36,126 nucleotides of DNA from an uncultured bacterium. GTDB lineage: Bacteria > Acidobacteriota > Aminicenantia > Aminicenantales > Aminicenantaceae. The notes below the pieces were generated by a model. That model did no database searches. It was not told the DNA's origin and saw only the letters and a program-made list of their open reading frames with translations. The DNA lies in NCBI GenBank assembly GCA_965373045.1, contig CBDVEQ010000003.1, positions 1 to 36,126 on the forward strand. Reading direction: 5' to 3'. Shown here piece by piece: positions 25,473 through 34,921 of this stretch (position 1 is the first letter of the stretch; the number at the start of each line of letters is the position of its first letter). Position numbers and translations under genes: made by a program.

Positions 25473-27788
25473 TTATGAATCATTCAGCTTAGATGAGATA
25501 TTGTATTCTTTGGGTGGTTTTACTCCTAGAAGATGCTGCACAAAATAATCCCAGCGTTTCCGGATAAAGTAGGGGTGGTCTCCCATCCCGTGTTTTTTAT
25601 TGGGGATGATGATGAGGTTAAAATCCTTGTTGGCCTTGATCAGTTCGGCAGTGAAACGAAGCGTACTTGCCGGGTTGACGTTATTATCCATGTCTCCGTG
25701 TACGAGCAGAAGTTTTCCCTCCAGGTTTTTTGCTAAGCTGAGATTGGACTGCTCCTCATAATGTTTCCCGACAGGAAAACCCATCCAGAGTTCAGGCCAC
25801 CAGACTTTTGCCATGCGGTGGTCGTGGTTTCCGGCTGACGATACTGCGACCTTGTAGAACTCCGGGTGCATGAGGAGGGCGTGAGCCGCATCATAGCCCC
25901 CTGCTGAGTGGCCGTATATACCAACCTTAGACAGATCCATATCAGAGTAGCGTTCAGCCAGTTGTTTAATGGATGTGATGTGATCTTCTGCTCCTATATC
26001 TCCGAGATTTTTATAGGAGAAATTGTGGAATTCCTTTGATCTCATAGCAGTGCCCAGTCCGTCGATGGTGATGACGATAAACCCCAGTTCTGCGATGGAT
26101 TGGTCGGAGTTGCGGTATCCTCTATAAAAGGATTTGGGCGTTCTGACGGCTTGAGGCCCGGAATAGGTTGCGTCCAAAACCGGATATTTTTTTGTGGGGT
26201 CAAAATTTGAGGGACGGAAAATCACACCATATATATCTGTTTGTCCGTCCCTGGCTTTGACCTTGAACGGCTCAGGAAAGTTCCATCCTGTTTGGATGAG
26301 GTTTTTGATGTCGGCCTCATGGATAAGCTGGATGATATTTCCGGTTGCGCTTTCTCTCAGAACGGACTTAGTGGGGAGGTCGACTCTGGAATAATTATCC
26401 AGAAGGACTTTACCGTCTGGTGAAAATGATACCGCATGTTCTGCGTTCTCAGGGGTCAGGAGAGTCAGGTCGGATCCGTCAAATCCCACTCTGTAAATGT
26501 GGCGGAAGTAAGGGTCCCGGCCTTCTTCGCGGCCGCAGGCTGTGAAGTAAATGACCTGTTCCTGCTCGTCTACACGATCAATAGAACGGACTACAAAATC
26601 TCCACGCGTTATCCGGGTTTTGATCTCGCCTGTACGGCCGTCAAACAGGTATATGTGGTTCCATCCGTCCCTTTCCGAAGTCCATAGTATCTCTGCTCCG
26701 TCATCGACCAGATGCATATCCACCATACCCGTGTCCACATTGGTTGTGGATGTCTCTGTCAGGATGATCCGGGTTTGTCCGGTGTCTGCATCGATCTCCA
26801 TCAGATCAGCTCTCTGGTATCCTCTGTGCCAGTAGGTTTGATACAGGCGTTTGCAGTCCTTAGACCATTGGGGAAGGCCGGAGCCGAGAAAGGAGGGATA
26901 AGGTTCGATGTCGACAGGCTGCTGTTTTTTTTGTTCTACATCAAAAAGGACATATTCGACCATGGTCAGGTCGGTCTCGCCGGGAAGGGCGCGTTCGTAG
27001 GAATAAACCTCAGCCCTGTATCCTTTCTGGGGTTTGGACTCGTAAAGATACAGTTTCTTGGCTTTCCGCCGGTCAAGTCTTTGAGTCACGATCTTTTTGC
27101 TGTCCGGAGACCAGCGGATGTGGATCTGTGGTTTTTCTTTTACATTTTTTTCAGGATTGGATTCGTTGAACAGTTTGTACCACGAGAGAGTAGTGGCGTA
27201 ATCATATTTATCCATACCGTCCTGGCTGAGCTGGAATTCTTCATCCGTTTCAGTGGAGCGGATATAAAGATTAAAATCCTTCACGAACGCAATCCATTTT
27301 TCATCAGGAGATCGGGATTCGTTGGGATCGATCGGCTTGTCAGGTTCGACCTTTTCGCAGATGTATGTTTCAAGATTGCATTTCCAGTCGTTTTTTCCCA
27401 CCTTGAATCTGATGGATTTTTCATCCTCGATCAATTTAAGTGTGTTGAATGGGAGTGACTCAGCTTTGACCTCGGTTCCCGACGCTTTGGCCAGCGCCTG
27501 AGCCAGACGGCTGTGATCAAAAAGAGGTAGGATGGTCTCTTTCTCCGGATCGACCATCATGAATTCTTTTTCCCACCGGGTCTGGTTCATGTACCAGAAA
27601 CGCGATCCGTTTTTGTCGATCCAGTGAGGCGATACACGCATGTTGAAGACAAGTTTTTCGATATTTTTAGGCAGGAATTTTTCCGCCCGCTTGTAGTCGT
27701 CCAGTGTTCCCTGCCCAAAGGATAATAGAGTCAGGCTGAAAAAAATTGCTGCGAATAGGGCTACGGAGAGAGATTTTTTATGCTGCAT
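25473..27788 (-). CDS. S9B peptidase, dipeptidyl-peptidase IV family
   Basis: Signal peptide; WSPDS, YSGPQ, GHSAGG (Ser), HGDMDNNV (Asp), KKHG (His); GGAGG SD. Confidence 0.93.
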   Translation of the reverse strand: MQHKKSLSVALFAAIFFSLTLLSFGQGTLDDYKRAEKFLPKNIEKLVFNMRVSPHWIDKNGSRFWYMNQTRWEKEFMMVDPEKETILPLFDHSRLAQALAKASGTEVKAESLPFNTLKLIEDEKSIRFKVGKNDWKCNLETYICEKVEPDKPIDPNESRSPDEKWIAFVKDFNLYIRSTETDEEFQLSQDGMDKYDYATTLSWYKLFNESNPEKNVKEKPQIHIRWSPDSKKIVTQRLDRRKAKKLYLYESKPQKGYRAEVYSYERALPGETDLTMVEYVLFDVEQKKQQPVDIEPYPSFLGSGLPQWSKDCKRLYQTYWHRGYQRADLMEIDADTGQTRIILTETSTTNVDTGMVDMHLVDDGAEILWTSERDGWNHIYLFDGRTGEIKTRITRGDFVVRSIDRVDEQEQVIYFTACGREEGRDPYFRHIYRVGFDGSDLTLLTPENAEHAVSFSPDGKVLLDNYSRVDLPTKSVLRESATGNIIQLIHEADIKNLIQTGWNFPEPFKVKARDGQTDIYGVIFRPSNFDPTKKYPVLDATYSGPQAVRTPKSFYRGYRNSDQSIAELGFIVITIDGLGTAMRSKEFHNFSYKNLGDIGAEDHITSIKQLAERYSDMDLSKVGIYGHSAGGYDAAHALLMHPEFYKVAVSSAGNHDHRMAKVWWPELWMGFPVGKHYEEQSNLSLAKNLEGKLLLVHGDMDNNVNPASTLRFTAELIKANKDFNLIIIPNKKHGMGDHPYFIRKRWDYFVQHLLGVKPPKEYNISSKLNDS

Positions 27789-27914
27789 AAAACATCCTCC
27801 AAAATAAATTCAGTTACAAAAAGAAATTCATTCTTTTTATAACATATTCAGGTAATTATTTCTGATAATGAAGGATGTTTTTTGCGCTGATCGTTAAACT
27901 GGATTTCTCTTCGC

Positions 27915-29186
27915 TTAATTCGCGAAATACCCAGCCCGGTGTGTAACTTTGTATTTTTTGCCTTTAAGCCTTACTTTTATATACTTGAACTCTCCGTCAG
28001 TTTTATAATTTTTTGGAGAATAGTATAACAGATAATAATTTTCAGAAGCATCCGCTGCTTTTTTAAAAGCAAAAGAAGCATTATATGAGCTCTGTGTCAA
28101 TCCGCCGGTTGCTTCAGCCACTTCCTTAAAGGCGCTGAAAATATCCTCGGATTGCTCTACATATCTTATATTGATTGTTGACATAGAATCCATCCTGGTG
28201 ATATCCAGAGAATGCTGATGTGTTTTGGTTATAAACATGAAATGAATGGAGATAGAAGAATCGGAGAAAGACTGTTTGACCTTATTAACATCAAAAGTTA
28301 TATCCCTTCTATAAAAAGCCGTGAGGTCAGTGAGCTTCATGATAAGGTCTTCCCTTCCCTGCAAGTTGGATGTGAGTTCATTGAGAGTTTTCGGAGAAAA
28401 TTGAGGTAGCATTTCTTTTTGGTAAAATAAAAATACGATCTTTTGTCCTTCCCGCTGTTTTAAATATTCGGCAAATTGAAGAAGCCTTTGTTCATCCACA
28501 TATCTGAGATTTTCAAGCCGCCTCAGAAGGTCTTGAGCTATTGACAATTGGTTTTCCCACACATCAGAAAGAATACCTCTTGCTGCAAAAAGGTCTTCGA
28601 TCTCTTTTATCAAATTCCTGTATTCTGCACTTTCCAGCATGGTGTCGCGTCTCAATTTCTTGTTTAATTGTGCCGCAATTTCTTTCTTTGATAATTTCTC
28701 TGAAGAATCGCTTTTATAGTTATAAGTTGTTCTTGGTGTTACAACATTAAGCGTATCACCGGGCACAAAAACATTTTCAAAGAAGTAATCGACGGCCTCT
28801 CCCAATTTTGGCAACCACTCATTTACTTCAAACAAAAGTACAAAGTGTCTGGATACCTTCGGAGCAAAGACTTTTCTGGCTTCTTCTTTTGGCAGTTCTG
28901 ATTCTTCTCTTTTAATAGCAGTCTTTTTTATCAAATACAATGCATCAATTTTCTGAAGCACTCCGTTTTCATAGACTTCAAAATCATCAACGGTCAGATT
29001 GTCGATGAAGGTGTCTCCTTTAAACACTCTTACAGGCACTTCGATATTTATCGCAATTGCCTCATGCTGGATCTCCTGGGAAAAAACAGGAAGACCGGAT
29101 CCAATTATTCCGGTCAGGCAAATAGTCATTCCAAGGATAAGAACTAAAACAATAATAACGTTTGATCTTATTCGTATTAATTGCAT
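27915..29186 (-). CDS. Secreted VWA-related domain protein of unknown function
   Basis: NIEVPVRVF, NLTVDDFEVYENGVLQKI, AEATGG, YYLLYYSP, VTHRAGY; AGGAG SD. Confidence 0.75.
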   Translation of the reverse strand: MQLIRIRSNVIIVLVLILGMTICLTGIIGSGLPVFSQEIQHEAIAINIEVPVRVFKGDTFIDNLTVDDFEVYENGVLQKIDALYLIKKTAIKREESELPKEEARKVFAPKVSRHFVLLFEVNEWLPKLGEAVDYFFENVFVPGDTLNVVTPRTTYNYKSDSSEKLSKKEIAAQLNKKLRRDTMLESAEYRNLIKEIEDLFAARGILSDVWENQLSIAQDLLRRLENLRYVDEQRLLQFAEYLKQREGQKIVFLFYQKEMLPQFSPKTLNELTSNLQGREDLIMKLTDLTAFYRRDITFDVNKVKQSFSDSSISIHFMFITKTHQHSLDITRMDSMSTINIRYVEQSEDIFSAFKEVAEATGGLTQSSYNASFAFKKAADASENYYLLYYSPKNYKTDGEFKYIKVRLKGKKYKVTHRAGYFAN

Positions 29187-29218
29187 TTGATTAGACTCCT
29201 ACTTTCTATTACTTCATA

Positions 29219-29235
29219 AGCAAGAAATGTGCCAA
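29219..29235 (-). promoter_or_regulatory. sigma54 (-24/-12) promoter of the VWA-related gene
   Basis: TTGGCAC-ATTTC-TTGCT matches TGGCAC-N5-TTGCW, 32 nt upstream of the ATG. Confidence 0.85.
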
Positions 29236-29481
29236 TAGTATGCAGAGTAAATTATATAAAACATGTTTATCTTTTGTCCAATTTAAATGACAGATGTTCC
29301 CACTATGTGTAATGAATGTAGTAACCTGGATTATTCACAAGTTGAGATTGATTACAAAGAGAGGATTCTAGGGGTCAAGTGAAAGAATAAGAGGTCAAAG
29401 AAGAAGAGCCAAAAGCTAAAAGCAGCTTAGCTCAAGGTCATTTATTATAAAGACGAAGAAGGCCAAAGGCCAAAGTAAGAC

Positions 29482-29508
29482 GTCATTCCCGTGGAAACGG
29501 GAATCCAG
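29482..29508 (+). repeat. REP-like palindrome GTCATTCCCGTGGAAACGGGAATCCAG
   Basis: Perfect 8-bp stem ATTCCCGT/ACGGGAAT with GGAA loop; related to 8010-8059. Confidence 0.8.
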
Positions 29509-29532
29509 CTCTTTGAGCTCATTGAAGTAAGT

Positions 29533-29658
29533 GCCTGGACTATTTACGAGTCGAGGTTGATGCATCTGCAAGAGGCTGTTCGTGAAGCCGTATTTATATA
29601 CTGCGAACGGACGGCAACGCAGCAGATGGGATAAGATCGGCTCGTAAATTGTTCAGGC
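29533..29658. repeat. 126-bp imperfect palindromic element (MITE-like or structured RNA)
   Basis: 22-bp terminal inverted repeats (19/22) at 29533-29554 and 29637-29658; inner CATCTGC/GCAGATG stem. Confidence 0.7.
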
Positions 29659-29749
29659 TGTTAAAAAGCCTAACTGGATGATATATAAGAAGTTATGTTA
29701 GGCTATCGGCAGTTTTTATGAATAATGCAGGGTGAATGAGTTCTTGCTA

Positions 29750-29778
29750 TTGAAACAAAGTGCGATTATGTGTAAGAT
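29750..29778 (+). promoter_or_regulatory. Putative sigma70 promoter of the diguanylate cyclase
   Basis: TTGAAA-17 nt-TAAGAT; implies the start is downstream of 29760. Confidence 0.55.
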
Positions 29779-29807
29779 ACGTTCCGGATAAATATTCGGA
29801 CGGGGAT

Positions 29808-32648
29808 GTGCTTTCTTTGAAAACTAAAATTATCATCTTAATATTTCTATTATTGGCGGTTTTTTATCCTGCCTTTTCCCAAGAGCTTCCCATTATTCGG
29901 TACGGTATTCAACAGGGTCTTCCAGGTACTGTGATCACTTTTATTACCCAGGGACCTGACGGCCGGATATGGATCGCTCACCATGCCGGGCTTTCCGTTT
30001 ATGACGGGGCGGAGTTCCAGAACTGGGGGACAGAGAATGGACTTCTAAATTGCCCTCCTGACAGCCTTGTTGTGGACCAAAACAATATTGTGTGGCTGGT
30101 ATTTTCCAACCGGGGCATGCAGTATATGGGAGAGGACAGGGATTTTCACACCATACCCGATCAAAACAACTGCTTTAAAAAGGATCTGATCAACCGTGTT
30201 TTCGATATGGGGGACGGTTCCATTATGGCCTCTGGGCATAAGGGATATTACAAAGTGACGCGGGAAGGTATCGAGGGTCCGTTTTATCCAGTGGAGAGCA
30301 AAAACGATCGTATTCGTTCCATTATAGACCTGGGGGAAAAAAAGGGTATCCTCATGGCGGCAAGAGATGGAGTTTTTCTATTAAAAGAGGGGATTACAGA
30401 AAAACTGCCGCTCCCATATGACCAGATGGATGGTTCCATGGTAGTAGACATTGTTGTCGGCAACTACGGAGAGATCTGGTTTGTGACCGATAAAGCTGGA
30501 GTCGTTAAATGGGAAGAGGGGAAATATGATTTTTTCTCTCTGGACCCTGAACAAAAAATCGAGAAAATTCCTGTATTTAAAGCGGCGGCAGATCCCTTTG
30601 ATAACCTATGGGTGGCATCCGGTGAAGGCCTTTTTCAATGCAATGGAGGAAAAGTAGAAAGATTTACGGAAAAATCAGGGCTGTCCAGCCGGTGGATCAA
30701 TTCACTTTTTGTGAATGATGAGGGAATCCTGTGGCTGGGAAGTGAAGGCGGATTGGAAAAGATCAGTCAGATGGCGTTCAGAAATTATCATTATAAAGAA
30801 GACCTTCCGGTCAATGGCATATGGGCCATCCGGGAGCTTCCGGATAAGTCTGTCTGGGTAGGGACAAATTCAGGAATCATTGTTTTTGACACCAAAGGGA
30901 ACACGCGCTTGATCGATAAAAAAGCAGGACTACCCGAAAATTCCATTGTTGACCTCTATCCTGAAAAGGACGGAAAAGTCTGGATATTGAGTTATTACGC
31001 CGTTCATTTATGGGATGGAAAAAAGTTTATTTCCTTTCCCTATGGGCCGTTTAAGGGATTAAACCTATACGGAATTATCCCATTGAACCGGAACGAAGTC
31101 TGGATCTCAACATCTGAGGGCATCTATTCTCTTGATCCCCTGAAAAGAAAAGTTCAAAAACATCCCATTAATAAGGAAATGTCAGATCTTTCTTCCATCA
31201 ATCACATCACTCATGGCAGGAATGGCGAGGTCATCATTTCCGGGAAAAAAATCTACATCTGGAAAAAGGGAAATAAGCTGAGAGAGATTCAATTCCCGGG
31301 GGCCAGAGAAAATTTTGATGTTATTAAAACACACGTCGAGGAAGACCGTTATGTGTTTGTCACAAACGAAGGCCTCAAATTTTATGATGGGGAACAGTGG
31401 GAGGAATTTTCTCTTAAAAACAAAAAAATATTTGATATGGTCAAAACCGGAAGCGGAAATTATTGGCTGGGCTGCAATTCGGGTGTTGCGCGGTTTGACG
31501 GAGAATCTTACCGGTTCTTCGGTTATTATGACGGTGTTGCGGTTGAAGAATGCAACAGCGGAGCTGCTCTGCTGGACAGTCAGGGCAGGGTGTGGTTAGG
31601 AGGAAAAAATCTTACGGTCATAGATCCCACTCTGATCCGTACTTTTCCTTCCAAGAAGCCTCTCATCACAAAGATGCAGATCGGCAACTGGACCTATTTT
31701 TTTCCAAAGAAACTGGAATTTTATTCCCGTGCCAAAAGTATAAAATTTTACTTTGCCACTCCCAGTTTCTTCAATGAGAAGGAACAGCTTTTCAGATACA
31801 GGTTAATGGACCTGGAAAAGAACTGGTCGCATCCGACTACAGAGCATTCTATACGCTATGCCGGGCTTCCTCCCGGGAACCATACCTTTGAGGTCCAATC
31901 GCGTCAGAAATATGGAGATTGGGACGGTTCTTCCGCCGTGCTCTTTCTGACAGTAAAACCTCCTTTCTGGCAGTCAACAGCATGTAAATTATTTATCGGG
32001 TTTATGATACTATTCATCGGATCTATTCTTGGGGTTTTAATGATGAAGAGAAACCAGAGACAAAAAGCCTGGTTTTCAAAACTTGTGGAAGAAAAAACTG
32101 CAGAGATCAAATCTCAGAAGGACAGGCTTGTACAACTGGCTTCCACAGATGAAGTTACGCGTCTTCCCAATCGAAGAAAGTTCATGGAACTGTTGGATAT
32201 CGAGATCGCTCGGGCTAAAAGATACAAACGCAAAGTCTCTTTATGTGTGTTTGACATTGATGATTACAAAAACATAAATGATTCCTATGGACATATAGTT
32301 GGAGATGATGTCCTCAAACAGGTTGCAAAAGTGGTTATTCCTGCTATACGGGAATCGGACATATTTGCCCGCTGGGGCGGTGATGAATTTATTTTCCTTA
32401 TGCCGGAAATCAGTGAGTCAAATGCTGTTATTGCCAGTGATAAATTGAGAGAGATCATTCAGTCTGCGTCTCTCCGTCTATCACAAGGCGAAGAGATTCA
32501 CTTCACCATATCCGGAGGAGTCTCCACATTCACTTCTGTGAATGATAAAAGTAAGACAAGCGAGGTTTTATTTCATGAAGCTGACCAAGCCCTGTATAAG
32601 GCGAAAAAAACCGGCAAGAACAAGATCATCCATTTTTCTGCTTTGTAA
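29808..32648 (+). CDS. Sensor diguanylate cyclase: two-component-regulator propeller repeats + Y_Y_Y + TM + GGDEF
   Basis: Signal peptide; GRIWIA/GILWLGSEGGL repeats; FRYRL...YAGLPPGNHTFEV; PPFWQ TM; DIDDYKNINDSYGH, RESD I-site, RWGGDEF; start GTG 29808 or TTG 29817 uncertain. Confidence 0.92.
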   Translation: MLSLKTKIIILIFLLLAVFYPAFSQELPIIRYGIQQGLPGTVITFITQGPDGRIWIAHHAGLSVYDGAEFQNWGTENGLLNCPPDSLVVDQNNIVWLVFSNRGMQYMGEDRDFHTIPDQNNCFKKDLINRVFDMGDGSIMASGHKGYYKVTREGIEGPFYPVESKNDRIRSIIDLGEKKGILMAARDGVFLLKEGITEKLPLPYDQMDGSMVVDIVVGNYGEIWFVTDKAGVVKWEEGKYDFFSLDPEQKIEKIPVFKAAADPFDNLWVASGEGLFQCNGGKVERFTEKSGLSSRWINSLFVNDEGILWLGSEGGLEKISQMAFRNYHYKEDLPVNGIWAIRELPDKSVWVGTNSGIIVFDTKGNTRLIDKKAGLPENSIVDLYPEKDGKVWILSYYAVHLWDGKKFISFPYGPFKGLNLYGIIPLNRNEVWISTSEGIYSLDPLKRKVQKHPINKEMSDLSSINHITHGRNGEVIISGKKIYIWKKGNKLREIQFPGARENFDVIKTHVEEDRYVFVTNEGLKFYDGEQWEEFSLKNKKIFDMVKTGSGNYWLGCNSGVARFDGESYRFFGYYDGVAVEECNSGAALLDSQGRVWLGGKNLTVIDPTLIRTFPSKKPLITKMQIGNWTYFFPKKLEFYSRAKSIKFYFATPSFFNEKEQLFRYRLMDLEKNWSHPTTEHSIRYAGLPPGNHTFEVQSRQKYGDWDGSSAVLFLTVKPPFWQSTACKLFIGFMILFIGSILGVLMMKRNQRQKAWFSKLVEEKTAEIKSQKDRLVQLASTDEVTRLPNRRKFMELLDIEIARAKRYKRKVSLCVFDIDDYKNINDSYGHIVGDDVLKQVAKVVIPAIRESDIFARWGGDEFIFLMPEISESNAVIASDKLREIIQSASLRLSQGEEIHFTISGGVSTFTSVNDKSKTSEVLFHEADQALYKAKKTGKNKIIHFSAL

Positions 32649-32707
32649 TATTCTAATACATCCGGAAATGGGACAAGGCTAAACTTTATAGATAAACTGT
32701 GTTATTT

Positions 32708-33991
32708 TTATTCAGCCAGCAGTTTATCGATCAGCTTTATGATCTCGTCCTTGTTGGCCGGATGGGTAAACAACCGGACGATCCCTTTCTTGTCGATTAT
32801 TACCGATGTCGGGATGCCGGTGATTCCATATTCTACGTCAAAGCAGCTGCGGTCTGAAAAGGCGATAGGCCACGTAACATTCTGGTATTTGAAAAATTCC
32901 GGCATGAGCGCGAGTTCTTCTTCCTGGGAAAGATCTGTGACCCGGTCCTTACCGTGATTGGTCACATTCCCCTGAAAACCCGTCACTCCCAGGATAAAAA
33001 AATCTTTGTCTTTGTATTTTTCCTGCAGGTCGCGGAGCTCAGGGAATGTTACAATACAGGGTCCGCACCAGGTGGCCCAGAAGTCGATCAGAACCACTTT
33101 GCCTCTCAGCCCTTCCAGGGTGACCGGCTCTGTATTGAAAAAATGGGTGAAATTAAATCCCGGAGCTTGAGTGTTTATGACATTGATCCTGGACAAACCG
33201 GACTGCATAGCTCTGGACAGGGATTCAAAGCTTTTGGTTGTGCGCGAGTATTCCTTGGCCTCTTTTTCGTCCTCAGGGATGTTCTTGTTCCTTTCGGCAG
33301 CAATGCCGTCGAATTTGGACTTATATTCATTGAGAAGGCCGACGATCTCTTCTTTTCGCCCCAGATCGAGATAGGATTGATACTGGCCTCCAAGAAGCCT
33401 GTAGGAGAAATAAGGGGCTTCTGTATTTAAAGAGTCAATCTCATCCTTGACTACTCGTATTGCATTTTCGGGATCGCCTTTTTCATTGTAATACCGTGAG
33501 AGAATAGCGACAGGGCCGTACAGGCCGAATGTGTCTTCAGGAGAAGGGAAGAATTTTTTCCTGTATTCAGCAATTAGATTTTCATATCCATCCTGATCAT
33601 CTTTCACTTCCGGAATGGTCAGGGAGATCAGACTCTTCCCTGCTTCGCGCGCATGGATGTCATCTCCTTTGTACAATTCTTTGTAGAGTTTAATGGCATC
33701 TTCTTTTTTGTTTATCCAAGCCATCAATTCAGCCAGCTTGAGATTTTCATCATCAGGCAGATCTGTTTTTTGGATTCCATCAAATTCATTTTCCGTGATT
33801 TCCTTTCGTGCAGCGGCATACAATTCGTATGTCTTTAGATCTTCGGTCTTTCGCTTCTCGCTGAGCTCCTTGCGGATTTTGGTCATCGCTTCAGATGGCA
33901 ATATATTTCCCTCATCAGGGCCGGATTTGCAGGCTGAGGATGCGATCAGTAAAACAGAGATTAGAACGATCAAGAATAGAGATTTTTTCAT
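32708..33991 (-). CDS. TlpA/ResA-like thiol-disulfide oxidoreductase lipoprotein with helical N-terminal domain
   Basis: Lipobox SSAC; GKVVLIDFWATWCGPC; YGITGIPT. Confidence 0.9.
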   Translation of the reverse strand: MKKSLFLIVLISVLLIASSACKSGPDEGNILPSEAMTKIRKELSEKRKTEDLKTYELYAAARKEITENEFDGIQKTDLPDDENLKLAELMAWINKKEDAIKLYKELYKGDDIHAREAGKSLISLTIPEVKDDQDGYENLIAEYRKKFFPSPEDTFGLYGPVAILSRYYNEKGDPENAIRVVKDEIDSLNTEAPYFSYRLLGGQYQSYLDLGRKEEIVGLLNEYKSKFDGIAAERNKNIPEDEKEAKEYSRTTKSFESLSRAMQSGLSRINVINTQAPGFNFTHFFNTEPVTLEGLRGKVVLIDFWATWCGPCIVTFPELRDLQEKYKDKDFFILGVTGFQGNVTNHGKDRVTDLSQEEELALMPEFFKYQNVTWPIAFSDRSCFDVEYGITGIPTSVIIDKKGIVRLFTHPANKDEIIKLIDKLLAE

Positions 33992-34122
33992 GGGCCTTTC
34001 CTTTCTTAGTGAAATGTTATTTTAAAAGCATTTACAATATAGCAAAATTAATAAAAATTCAATTTGAACGTCATTATTTATTTCTATAAAATATGTCCAA
34101 GTTTTCAAAATATAATAAACGC

Positions 34123-34911
34123 ATGTTGAAATTTGTAATTGGTATCGATCTCCACGGTACTCTTTTGGACAATGAGTGGGAGATCAAGTCTGACCTGCTG
34201 ATTCCACTGGAAAAGGCACTAGAGGGAGTAAGGGGGTTTTGCAAAGTCTATATATGTTCCGGGAATGATCTGACATTTATTCACAAATTCATTCCAAAGG
34301 AGATTTACAGGCATTTTGATGGGTATGTTCTTGAGACAGGATGTGTGATTAGCGAAGGCAAGAATGAGGACGTCATAGTGCCGTCTCCACTGATCGAAGT
34401 TATCAGAGATCTGGAATATAAATTAAAGAAAAAAAATTTTCCTTGGGTCCAATACTTTGCCAGGCGAAAGAGTACGATCAGTCTGTTTACCAGGACGGAA
34501 TCAGAAGGAGAGCCACCTGATGCCGTCTTTCCTGAAGTAAAAGCCATAGTTAAGCAGCTTGGTTTCGGAGAAGATGTTCGTGTTACCCATTCCAATGTGG
34601 CTGTGGATATAATTCCCCGTGGTTTTGACAAGTTCAGGGGACTTGAGCATGTGGCATCGGGGCACCCTACGATCGGAATCGCAGATTCCATGAACGATAT
34701 CGAACTTGTCCGGGATGCGGACCTGGCCTTTATCCCGGCCAATGCCTCCTTGAAGCTTATCCACGAATTGGCAAAAAAGGGGAAGAGCGTATTAGACTTG
34801 GGCGATACTCTGCCAAAGGACAAGGAGATCGTCTGGAGAAGCCGGTTTTCTTCCACAAGAGGTGTGCTGGAAATACTCGGTTTTATTGAAGATGTTATTA
34901 AAGAGTATTAA
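34123..34911 (+). CDS. HAD-superfamily hydrolase (Cof/SPP-like, cap type IIB) with atypical motifs
   Basis: IGIDLHGTLL, CSGN, VDIIPRGFDK, ADSMND; TATAAT 6 nt before ATG 34123; alternative ATG 34093. Confidence 0.8.
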   Translation: MLKFVIGIDLHGTLLDNEWEIKSDLLIPLEKALEGVRGFCKVYICSGNDLTFIHKFIPKEIYRHFDGYVLETGCVISEGKNEDVIVPSPLIEVIRDLEYKLKKKNFPWVQYFARRKSTISLFTRTESEGEPPDAVFPEVKAIVKQLGFGEDVRVTHSNVAVDIIPRGFDKFRGLEHVASGHPTIGIADSMNDIELVRDADLAFIPANASLKLIHELAKKGKSVLDLGDTLPKDKEIVWRSRFSSTRGVLEILGFIEDVIKEY

Positions 34912-34921
34912 AGGAGAAGTG

